DNA of 52,441 nt from Candidatus Avispirillum sp. (GTDB taxonomy: Bacteria > Bacillota > Clostridia > Oscillospirales > CAG-272), in assembly GCA_045650355.1 (NCBI GenBank), contig JAZRRC010000106.1, forward strand, positions 1-52,441, in the 5' to 3' direction. The stretch's first letter is position 1, and every line of letters begins with the position of its first letter. This document shows positions 16,005 through 24,175 of this stretch, piece by piece. The position numbers and the translations under genes are program-made. Below the pieces are notes generated by a model. That model was not told the origin of the DNA. It did not search any database and saw nothing but the letters and a program-made list of their open reading frames with translations.

Positions 16005-17654
16005 TCAGAAAATAATGCTGACAGTTGTGCCCTCTCCCTCGCGGCTTTCCAGCTTCACACGGGCATCGTGGACCAGCGCTCCGTGCTTTACAATGGAAAG
16101 ACCGAGACCTGTGCCGCCTATCTTTCGTGAATGGCTTTTATCAACACGGTAGAAGCGCTCGAAAACACGGTCATGATGCTCGGTGGGAATTCCGATTCCC
16201 GTATCCTTGACGGTGACTGCGGGATGTCCGTTTTTCTCGGTGATGCTGACCTCTACGCTTCCTCCGTCACGGTTATATTTGATAGCGTTGTCGCAAAGGT
16301 TATATATCATTTCAGACACTATCGAGGGTATGCCCACAATGACAGCATGGTCTCCCGAAATAGAAAGAGAAACGTTTTTCTCCTTGGCTACGTGGCTGAG
16401 ACGGTGGATGACCTCATCTGCATAAAGATAAAGATCAATATCCTCCCTGTCAATAAGGGGTGCATTTTCATCAAGCTGAGAAAGCTTGATTATATCGTTA
16501 ACAAGGGTAATAAGTCTGCCGGATTCATCGTGAATATTCTGCAAGAAATTAGGCATATCCTCGGGCTTTACGATTCCGTTCAACATAATTTCGGAAATGC
16601 CGTAGATCGAGGTAAGGGGCGTTTTCAGCTCATGCGAAACGTTGGAGGTGAACTCACGGCGCATTGCATCTCGCTGCTCCTTTTCTGTAACGTCAAGAAT
16701 GAGAAGAACAGCTCCACTGACCGTATCCTCCACGATTACAGGGTTTGCGAAAATCTGCAAGGTCTTTCCGTCCGTCTCCATAAGGGGGCGGCATTTTTGA
16801 CCTCCCAGCACCGATGATACGGCATTTACAAACACCTCGCTGTCATTAAAGGTGAGAACGCTTTCATCAAGCTTTTTGTCTTTGATGGATAAAAGCTTCA
16901 GAGCACTTTTATTATAGGAAAGAACGGTTGCCTTGGAATCGATGAGGATAAGTCCCTCGGACATATTCTGAGTAATTGTGAAGAACTCCTCCTGCTTTCT
17001 TTTCAGATCATCCATCTGCAGATTGATAAGATTGTTCTGCCTTGCTATTTTTCTGAGCAGAGGGTCTATTTCGGGATAATTCTCAAAATTCTCGGGATTT
17101 TCAAAATCTATATTGTTTATGGGCTTTACTATCTTTGATGCCAGAGAGGAGGAAAGGAGAGCCGAGACTACCATAACAACGGCAAAAGCGATAAACAAAG
17201 GAAGAAGCAGAGGCGGAAGGATTGCACCTACCGTGATCTGATTTGCTGAAACTCTGAGGACCGTACCGTTTGAAAGTCTTCTTGCATAGTAATATGTCTT
17301 TTCCATGAGAGTTGAGGAATAGCGGTAGCTTTCTCCGACGCCCTTCTCAAGAGCTTCGATTACCTCCTCACGGTCAAGGTGGTTTTTGAAGTTATAGGTA
17401 TCGTCAACAGTATCGTAAAGAACGGAGCCGTCAGTTCCGATGAGGGTGATTCTGTGCTCCTCCTCGTCAAATCTTTCAAGATATGCCTTGCCCTCACTCT
17501 CCGTGCCTGCGCACAGATAATCTGCAGCTATCATTATCTCCTTTCTCAATTCGTTATTAAAAAAAGGAAATGATACTCCTATAATGATGAGGATACAGCA
17601 GATAAACGTAATAACAGAGGTGCAAAGAATGGCGTTATGAATTTTCTTTGTCAA
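16005..17654 (-). CDS. sensor histidine kinase, PhoR-like architecture
   Basis: TM, extracytoplasmic loop, TM, PAS-like segment, H-box HELKTPLTSI, N-box CDNAIKY, DTGIGI and GGTGLGLSIV. Confidence 0.9.
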   Translation of the reverse strand: MTKKIHNAILCTSVITFICCILIIIGVSFPFFNNELRKEIMIAADYLCAGTESEGKAYLERFDEEEHRITLIGTDGSVLYDTVDDTYNFKNHLDREEVIEALEKGVGESYRYSSTLMEKTYYYARRLSNGTVLRVSANQITVGAILPPLLLPLFIAFAVVMVVSALLSSSLASKIVKPINNIDFENPENFENYPEIDPLLRKIARQNNLINLQMDDLKRKQEEFFTITQNMSEGLILIDSKATVLSYNKSALKLLSIKDKKLDESVLTFNDSEVFVNAVSSVLGGQKCRPLMETDGKTLQIFANPVIVEDTVSGAVLLILDVTEKEQRDAMRREFTSNVSHELKTPLTSIYGISEIMLNGIVKPEDMPNFLQNIHDESGRLITLVNDIIKLSQLDENAPLIDREDIDLYLYADEVIHRLSHVAKEKNVSLSISGDHAVIVGIPSIVSEMIYNLCDNAIKYNRDGGSVEVSITEKNGHPAVTVKDTGIGIPTEHHDRVFERFYRVDKSHSRKIGGTGLGLSIVKHGALVHDARVKLESREGEGTTVSIIF

Positions 17655-17657
17655 GGC

Positions 17658-18326
17658 TTATTCTCCTATCTTATAGCCGATTCCGCGAACGGTTTCGATA
17701 AGCTCTCCGCTTTCTCCAAGCTTTGAGCGGAGCGTTCTGATATGGACGTCAACAGTGCGGTTTTCGCCGTCAAACTCATAGCCCCAGATGCTCTGGAGAA
17801 TATGATCTCTTGTGAACACCGTGCCGGGGTTGCTCAGAAGAAGACAAAGAAGCTCAAACTCCTTGAAGGTGAGGGAAACGTCCTTGCCGAAGGAGCGGAC
17901 GATGTGCTTATGAGGGCAAACGTAGAGAGAGCCTACTGTATATTCACCCTTATCCTGCTTTTTTTCGCATCTGCGAAGAAGAGCCTTAATTCTTGAAATA
18001 AGCTCCATAATGCCGAAGGGCTTTGATATATAATCATCGGCACCGGAGTCAAGTCCCAGCACCTTATCATATTCCGTTGCCTTTGCGGTCAACATAATAA
18101 CGGGGACGTTTCTCGTTTCTTTATTCATTCTCAGCTTTTTGAGGACATCAATACCATCCTCCTCGGGAAGCATAATATCAAGAAGAACAAGAGTAGGAGT
18201 CTGCTCCTCCAGAGCCTTCCAAAACTCGGAGGGCTTTTCAAATCCCTTTGCCTCAAAGCCTGAATTGTTCAGTGCGTATTCAACGAAATTGCGGATGCTT
18301 GCATCATCCTCGAGAAGATATATCAT
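17658..18326 (-). CDS. OmpR/PhoB-family response regulator
   Basis: Receiver domain (LLDIMLPEEDG, LTAK) plus a winged-helix output (TVDVHIRTLRSKL); AAAGGAG Shine-Dalgarno. Confidence 0.9.
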   Translation of the reverse strand: MIYLLEDDASIRNFVEYALNNSGFEAKGFEKPSEFWKALEEQTPTLVLLDIMLPEEDGIDVLKKLRMNKETRNVPVIMLTAKATEYDKVLGLDSGADDYISKPFGIMELISRIKALLRRCEKKQDKGEYTVGSLYVCPHKHIVRSFGKDVSLTFKEFELLCLLLSNPGTVFTRDHILQSIWGYEFDGENRTVDVHIRTLRSKLGESGELIETVRGIGYKIGE

Positions 18327-18438
18327 AATTTTAATACTCCTTTCGTGCTGACAGAAGAGGCATTATAAATCCCTTTCCTTTACAACAGTATATCTCTTTT
18401 TTTCGTATTATTCAAGGAAAAGAAAAGTAAAATAATCA

Positions 18439-18479
18439 TTTAACATAGATTTAACAATAGCAAGATTTCAGATTTAACA
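18439..18479 (+). promoter_or_regulatory. three direct TTAACA repeats (PhoP-box-like)
   Basis: ATTTAACA at 18438-18445, 18449-18456 and 18472-18479. The first two hexamers are separated by exactly 5 bp (11-bp phasing) and the third lies 23 bp further on. Confidence 0.55.
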
Positions 18480-18647
18480 GGCATCTTGTATCATCAAGTC
18501 ATACTGGGTGGGTGTGGGCTTCAGGTCTCGGTCTGCTCGGTAAACGTAAATTGTCAGTATAGCAGATATGATCATCATATACTGCTTAGGTTTAATATCG
18601 TATCAGCAAAATAGAAAAGAGCTGAACGAAAAAAGAAAGGAAAAAAT

Positions 18648-20324
18648 ATGTTTTCATCAGCAGATATTATGCAGCTTATTGAAAGCCTTATCTGGTTGCT
18701 TGCAGGTGTCGGAATTTTTATCGTAGGCATGAACTTCATGGGTGATGCCCTTGAGAAGAGCGCCGGAAACGGTATGAAGCGATTCCTTGAAAAGATAAGC
18801 AACAACCGCTTCTCAGGCGTTGGTGTCGGTGCAGCCGTTACCGCCATCATCCAGTCCTCCTCCGCTACATCAGTCATGGTAATCGGTCTTGTTAACGCAG
18901 GCGTTATGACTCTTATGCAGGCAACTCCCATTATCATGGGTGCCAACATCGGTACTACCATCACAGGTGTGCTTGTAGCTCTCAAAAACGACTACTTCAA
19001 CATGGCAATGTATCTTCTCGCATTTGCGGGCGTTATGATGGGCTTCTTCAAAAAAGAGAAGATCAAAATTGCAGGTAGCCTTTGCTCCGGTCTCGGTCTT
19101 ATTTTCGTAGGTCTTGAGATCATGTCCAGCGAGCAGGCATTCGGAAATCAGCTTGTTAAGGATATGTTCACAGCTGTTTTCCAGAAAATTGATTTCCCCC
19201 TCCTTCTCATCCTTGTAGGCGTTATCTTCACAGCGCTTATCCAGTCCTCCTCTGCTGCAACCGGTGTAGTAATCGCCATGGTTGGTACAGGAATTCTCCC
19301 CCTTGAGCTTGCGCTCTTTATCGTACTCGGTGCTAACATCGGTACATGCGTAACAGCTCTCCTTGCATCTGTTGGTGCAAACGCAAACTCCAAGAGAGTT
19401 GCTCTTATTCACTTCACCTTTAACACTATCGGAACAGTATTCTTCGCAGCCCTTATCTGGATATTCAAGGAGCCCTGCGTTAACCTTCTCGTTTCCGTAT
19501 TCCCCGGAGACGATCCCATGTCTCTCCAGATGAGAGTTTCTCTCTTCCACGTTATCTTCAACGTAACAACAACTCTTCTTCTCCTTCCCTTCGTTAAGCA
19601 CCTTGTTAAGTATTCCACTCTTGTTATCAAGGATACCAAGAAGGAAGAGGATTCCCTTTCTCTCCGCTTCGTTGACGACCGACTCCTCACAGTTCCCTCC
19701 GTTGCTCTCGGTCAGGTTAAAAAAGAGGTTGACTACATGCTCAGCCTTGCAGAGGAGAACACACGTCTTTCCTTTGAATCTATTGAAAACGGCACTGTGG
19801 AATATGCAGAGCAGATCAAGAAGAACGAGATGATCATCGACTTCACAAACAAGGCTCTCACACAGTTCCTTATCAAGCTTTCCGTTGACGTTGAGGAAAG
19901 CGATGAAGTTGTTATCGGCTCTTACTTCCACGTTCTTAACGACATCGAGCGTATCGGTGACCATGCTGAGAACTTCCACGAGATCGGCGTTGAGATGATC
20001 GCAAAGAAGATCTCCTTCTCCGAAACTGCTCGCAAGGGTATTAAGGAAATGTTCAACAGCGTTATGGATATGTTCGCTCTTTCCAAGGATGCCTTCGACC
20101 GTCTCGATAAGGAAGAGCTTTCCGACCTTGCCCGCCTTGAGGAAGGCGTGGACGGCAAGAAGAAGGAGCTTATTACAAGCCACTTCACAAGACTTGCCGA
20201 GGGCACCTGCAGTGCTGAGGTCAGCCCTTATTATTCATCTGCGATCCTCGGTCTCGAGAGAGTTGCAGACCATCTTGTAAACGTTGGTTACAGTATCGTA
20301 AGCCCCACAGGCTCACAGAAATAA
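18648..20324 (+). CDS. Na/Pi cotransporter family protein fused to PhoU-like repeats (paralog B)
   Basis: IQSSSATSVMVIGL, IQSSSAATGVVIAM, DIERIGDHAENF and GLERVADHLVNV; AAAGGA Shine-Dalgarno. Confidence 0.9.
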   Translation: MFSSADIMQLIESLIWLLAGVGIFIVGMNFMGDALEKSAGNGMKRFLEKISNNRFSGVGVGAAVTAIIQSSSATSVMVIGLVNAGVMTLMQATPIIMGANIGTTITGVLVALKNDYFNMAMYLLAFAGVMMGFFKKEKIKIAGSLCSGLGLIFVGLEIMSSEQAFGNQLVKDMFTAVFQKIDFPLLLILVGVIFTALIQSSSAATGVVIAMVGTGILPLELALFIVLGANIGTCVTALLASVGANANSKRVALIHFTFNTIGTVFFAALIWIFKEPCVNLLVSVFPGDDPMSLQMRVSLFHVIFNVTTTLLLLPFVKHLVKYSTLVIKDTKKEEDSLSLRFVDDRLLTVPSVALGQVKKEVDYMLSLAEENTRLSFESIENGTVEYAEQIKKNEMIIDFTNKALTQFLIKLSVDVEESDEVVIGSYFHVLNDIERIGDHAENFHEIGVEMIAKKISFSETARKGIKEMFNSVMDMFALSKDAFDRLDKEELSDLARLEEGVDGKKKELITSHFTRLAEGTCSAEVSPYYSSAILGLERVADHLVNVGYSIVSPTGSQK

Positions 20325-20333
20325 AACAAAAAA

Positions 20334-20360
20334 GCACCTGCTACGGCAGGTTCTTTTTTG
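20334..20360. terminator. bidirectional terminator between Na/Pi B and rsgA
   Basis: ACCTGC / GCAGGT stem, loop TACG, A-run before and TTCTTTTTTG after. Confidence 0.55.
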
Positions 20361-20367
20361 TTTTGAT

Positions 20368-21324
20368 TTATCTTTTTTTCCAGGGGGGATTTTTATTAAT
20401 TTCCTCCAGCATTGCAATATAGCTCTCATGGCGGTTTTTAGATATCTCTCCGCTCTTAACCTTTTCAAGAATTGCGCAGCCCTCTTCTTTTGTATGAGTG
20501 CATTTTGTATATCTGCATTCTCCGATAAGGGATTCGAATTCTCTGAAGGTATAGGGAAGTCCCTCTCGGTCTGTAAAATTGAAGCGGGCAAAGTCTATCA
20601 TTGAAAAGCCGGGGGTATCTGCGATAAAGCAAATGCTGTCAAGCACCTGAACAGGATAAAGCTCTGCATGGCGTGTCGTATGCTTTCCGCGCTCGATCTT
20701 TCGGCTGACCTCTCCCGTTTTGAGAGAAAGCCCGGGGAAAAGCTTTGCCATAAGAGTTGACTTTCCTGCTCCGGAAACACCTGCAAATGCAGCTGTAAGC
20801 TGATTTTTTGCATTTTCCTCCATAAAGGAAAGCAAGCGACCGACTCCATCTCCCGTATGACCTGAAAGGGTGAAAACGTGAAAGCCGCCTGTTCGGTAAA
20901 TAGATGCTATTCTTTCCGTTTCCTCCTCATCAAGGTCCTCCTTTGTGATGACGATAACAGGCTCGATGCCCTTATCCTCAGCCGCAGAAACAAGCTTATC
21001 CGCCGTCAGAAGATCGGGACGGGGCTTTGTTGCGGGGATGACTATGAAAAGATGAGTGAGATTTGCAAGAGCAGGACGGATAAGGCTGTTGCGGCGCTCC
21101 TCGATTTCATTGATAACTCCCTCACAGGGCTCATCTGACGTTATCTCGCAAAACACGAAATCTCCGGGCAGAGGCGTGATTCCATCATGACGGAACACTC
21201 CTCTGGCACGGCAAGGCACAGTACCGTCCTCTAACGTTGGTATATCTCCGGGAAGGATAGGGCGGACGTTATAAAGTCCGCCTATTCCCTTGATTATAAT
21301 TCCTTTAAACTGTTTTTCGTTCAT
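20368..21324 (-). CDS. rsgA: ribosome small-subunit-dependent GTPase A
   Basis: Circularly permuted GTPase with VITKEDL (G4), GVSGAGKSTL (G1) and DTPGF (G3); C-terminal zinc knuckle CRYTKCTHTKEEGC. Start taken at MNEKQFKG, 1 nt after the prkC stop. Confidence 0.85.
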   Translation of the reverse strand: MNEKQFKGIIIKGIGGLYNVRPILPGDIPTLEDGTVPCRARGVFRHDGITPLPGDFVFCEITSDEPCEGVINEIEERRNSLIRPALANLTHLFIVIPATKPRPDLLTADKLVSAAEDKGIEPVIVITKEDLDEEETERIASIYRTGGFHVFTLSGHTGDGVGRLLSFMEENAKNQLTAAFAGVSGAGKSTLMAKLFPGLSLKTGEVSRKIERGKHTTRHAELYPVQVLDSICFIADTPGFSMIDFARFNFTDREGLPYTFREFESLIGECRYTKCTHTKEEGCAILEKVKSGEISKNRHESYIAMLEEINKNPPWKKR

Positions 21325-21325
21325 T

Positions 21326-23197
21326 TTAATTTGACTGGCTGTTATCAACGGGGATGTCGGGTTTGTCTGTATCGTCATTGCCCGTTGTTTCCTCGGGAGC
21401 GGTGGTTTCTTCGGGGGACGTTGTTTCCTCGCTGTCAGCTTGTGCTGTTGTCTCCTCAGGCTTTGTTGTTTCCTCGGGAGCTGTTGTTTCCTCCTCGGGC
21501 TTGGTGGTCTCCTCGGGGGCTGTTGTTCCGTCGGGATTAAGAGGATCGTAATCAGGGCCGCCGCTTATTGTAAGTCCGATTCTTGTATTCTCAAGAACCT
21601 CCTTCTTCTTTTCAAGAGACTGCTTGATAACAGTTCCTCGCTCTGCCTTATCCTTAACGTAGGAAATGGCACCGGGAAGAAGATCAAGCTCTATAAGCTT
21701 TTTGAAGGCCTCCTTCTCTGTCATACCGACAAAATCGGGAACCTCGATCTCACCGTCCTCAAAGCCGTCGCAAACGTAAACCGTTACCGTGCTGCCGACA
21801 GTGATCTTTTCTCCTGCCGCAGGAGAGGTTGCAACTACCTGACCGGAGGAGCGGATATTGTCCTTTTTATACTCGATGGCATATTCAAGTCCGCAGTTTC
21901 TCAGCTCCTTGATAGCCGCCTTGTAGTTATAATCGGTAAGGGAAGGCATCTCGATCTCTCGGTTACCTGAGCACACTGTCAGAGTGAGCTCTACCTTCAC
22001 CTTTTTAGAGGAGCCTGCCGCAGGGGTCTGCTCCATAATGACGCCCGCCTCGTATTCATCGGAATACTCATACTCTATCGTTACGGAATATTTATCCGAA
22101 TTCTCAAGAGCCGCCGCCAGCGTTGCATCATACGTTCGCCCCTCAAACTCATCCACCTTAATGGTTTCAACAGTTTGTGTCATTGCATCGTTTGCTCTGC
22201 CGAGAACAAATGCTGCTCCGATGGCAAAGACGATAAAGAAAGCAAGAGCAACACCTGCGATCATGGGGAATACAGGACCGCCGCCCGTAAGAAGAGAAAG
22301 AACGCTCTTGGGCTCGCCCTCACCCTCCTCGTGCTTCTTGGGAATCTTGAAAATAACGCCGGGGTTTTCCTTCAGTCTTCGGATATGGCGAAGCATATCC
22401 TCGCTTGACTGGTAGCGATATTTGGGGTCCTTTTCCATTGCAATGCCGATTATCTGCTCAAGTCCCTTAGGAATATCGGGGTTAAGCTCGGAGGGAGCCT
22501 TTGCAGTATCGTTTATCTGCATCATAGCAACGGAAACAGGAGTTTCTGCCGTAAAGGGAAGCTCTCCAGTTGCCATTTCATACATCATAACACCGAGAGA
22601 ATAAAGATCGCTTCTGTTATCAATAGGCTGACCGCTTGCCTGCTCGGGGCTGATATAATAAACAGTTCCGATAGCCTTGTCCGTCATTGTAACGGTTTCT
22701 GCATTGGGCAGCTTTGCGATACCAAAGTCTGTTACCTTGATGATACCGCTCTTGAGAAGCATAATATTCTGAGGCTTAATATCTCTGTGAACAAGGCCCT
22801 TGCTGTGAGCATGGCTGAGAGCAAGAAGTATCTGCTCTGTATAGCTGATGATCTCACGAAGGGTGAGCTTGCCTCTTTTCGTCATGTAATTACGGAGGGT
22901 TATGCCCTCGATATATTCCATAACGATATATTTGATATCCTCACTTACGTTTACATCGTAAATGCTGACAACGTTTCTGTGGGACATCATAGCAACAGCC
23001 TTGGATTCGTTAACAAAGCGCTTAACGCTCTCCTCCTCGTTTGCGATCTCTTCCTTGAGGAGCTTTATGGCAACGTGCTTATTCATAAGCAGATCGAACG
23101 CCTTGAAAACAACAGCCATGCCGCCGACGCCGATAATACGCTCTATTCTGTATCTGCCGGCAAGAACGGCGCCCACATATTTATCGTAAAGTTCCAT
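21326..23197 (-). CDS. prkC: Ser/Thr protein kinase with PASTA domains
   Basis: Kinase motifs GVGGMAVVFKA, HRDIKPQN and DFGIA; one TM helix; PASTA-like repeats; a Thr/Pro/Glu-rich C-terminal tail; AGGAGG Shine-Dalgarno. Confidence 0.9.
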   Translation of the reverse strand: MELYDKYVGAVLAGRYRIERIIGVGGMAVVFKAFDLLMNKHVAIKLLKEEIANEEESVKRFVNESKAVAMMSHRNVVSIYDVNVSEDIKYIVMEYIEGITLRNYMTKRGKLTLREIISYTEQILLALSHAHSKGLVHRDIKPQNIMLLKSGIIKVTDFGIAKLPNAETVTMTDKAIGTVYYISPEQASGQPIDNRSDLYSLGVMMYEMATGELPFTAETPVSVAMMQINDTAKAPSELNPDIPKGLEQIIGIAMEKDPKYRYQSSEDMLRHIRRLKENPGVIFKIPKKHEEGEGEPKSVLSLLTGGGPVFPMIAGVALAFFIVFAIGAAFVLGRANDAMTQTVETIKVDEFEGRTYDATLAAALENSDKYSVTIEYEYSDEYEAGVIMEQTPAAGSSKKVKVELTLTVCSGNREIEMPSLTDYNYKAAIKELRNCGLEYAIEYKKDNIRSSGQVVATSPAAGEKITVGSTVTVYVCDGFEDGEIEVPDFVGMTEKEAFKKLIELDLLPGAISYVKDKAERGTVIKQSLEKKKEVLENTRIGLTISGGPDYDPLNPDGTTAPEETTKPEEETTAPEETTKPEETTAQADSEETTSPEETTAPEETTGNDDTDKPDIPVDNSQSN

Positions 23198-23219
23198 TTG
23201 ACCTCCTATCAGGCAAGTC

Positions 23220-24014
23220 TCAGACGGTGAAAATCAGTGCTGTGATATTATCACTGCCGCCGCCATCATTTGCCATATCGATAAGTATCTCACAAAGAGG
23301 GCCAAGCTTTCTGTCGGAATCTACCGCACAAGCATGTTTTACGCAATCTGCAATATCCTCAACCGACACGTGGTTAGTCAGACCGTCGGAGCAAAGAAGA
23401 CCGATGTGGTCCGCAGGTGCACCGCGGAGGGCACCGGGCAGACGTGTGATATAAATATCGGGCTCTACCTCGGTATCTGTGCCGACAGCTCTTGTTATTA
23501 TATTTCTGTTGATGGAGTTCTTAGCCTCCTCCTCCGTCATTCTTCCCGTATCAACGAGATACTGAACGTAGGAGTGATCCTTTGTGATCTGAGTTGCAGC
23601 TCCGTCCTTTATAAGATACATTCTTGAGTCACCGACGTTAACGGTGAAAAGTGTTCTGTTGACAACAAGAGTTGCAACGATGGTTGTGCCCATGCCTGTG
23701 AGAGAAATATCCTCTCCTGCCGTTGTATAAACCTTTTTGTTTGCGCAGTCAACCGCCTCTGCAAGAACCTTTCGGATGATGCGCTCATCCGTTCTTGTGA
23801 GAGGACAGGGGGGAGAATATTTTTCGGCGAATTCAGCAACACAGTCAACAAAGCTTTGGCAGGCAAGGCCCGAAGCGATTCCGCCTCCGGCAGCGCCTCC
23901 CATGCCGTCACAAACGACAGAGAGCATCATTCCGTTATCATAATATTCGCAAAAAAAGCTGTCCTGATTGACCTTTCTTTTTCTGCCCACATCGGTACGT
24001 CCGCAACAAAGCAT
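23220..24014 (-). CDS. prpC: PP2C-family Ser/Thr phosphatase
   Basis: GRKRKVNQDSF, CDGMGG, LCSDGL and GGSDNITA. Upstream partner of prkC, as in the B. subtilis prpC-prkC-cpgA cluster. Confidence 0.9.
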   Translation of the reverse strand: MLCCGRTDVGRKRKVNQDSFFCEYYDNGMMLSVVCDGMGGAAGGGIASGLACQSFVDCVAEFAEKYSPPCPLTRTDERIIRKVLAEAVDCANKKVYTTAGEDISLTGMGTTIVATLVVNRTLFTVNVGDSRMYLIKDGAATQITKDHSYVQYLVDTGRMTEEEAKNSINRNIITRAVGTDTEVEPDIYITRLPGALRGAPADHIGLLCSDGLTNHVSVEDIADCVKHACAVDSDRKLGPLCEILIDMANDGGGSDNITALIFTV

Positions 24015-24063
24015 GAAGCACCCCTCCTTCTTTTATGGAGATGAAGATAAAAATATACATCTT

Positions 24064-24092
24064 ATTATACTACTTTTCAGGCGTTTTGTAAA
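24064..24092 (-). promoter_or_regulatory. sigma-A-type promoter of the prpC-prkC-rsgA operon
   Basis: Minus strand TTTACA (24092-24087), 17 bp, TATAAT (24069-24064). Confidence 0.5.
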
Positions 24093-24146
24093 TATCTTTT
24101 GATTGCATTTGTTAAATTTATGAAAAGCGGGCTCCTTCACTCTAAT

Positions 24147-24174
24147 AAAAAAGCACCCCGAAGGGTGCTTTTTT
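24147..24174 (-). terminator. intrinsic terminator of the dockerin-protein gene
   Basis: AGCACCC / GGGTGCT stem, loop CGAA, flanked by an A-run and a T-run. Confidence 0.7.
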
Positions 24175-24175
24175 A

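Noticed and set aside
18506-18530. A G-rich tract (GGGTGGGTGTGGGC) in the Na/Pi B leader as a possible G-quadruplex or riboswitch core.
   Set aside because: There are only three GGG runs, and I see no match to any riboswitch consensus. It is kept only as part of the leader description.
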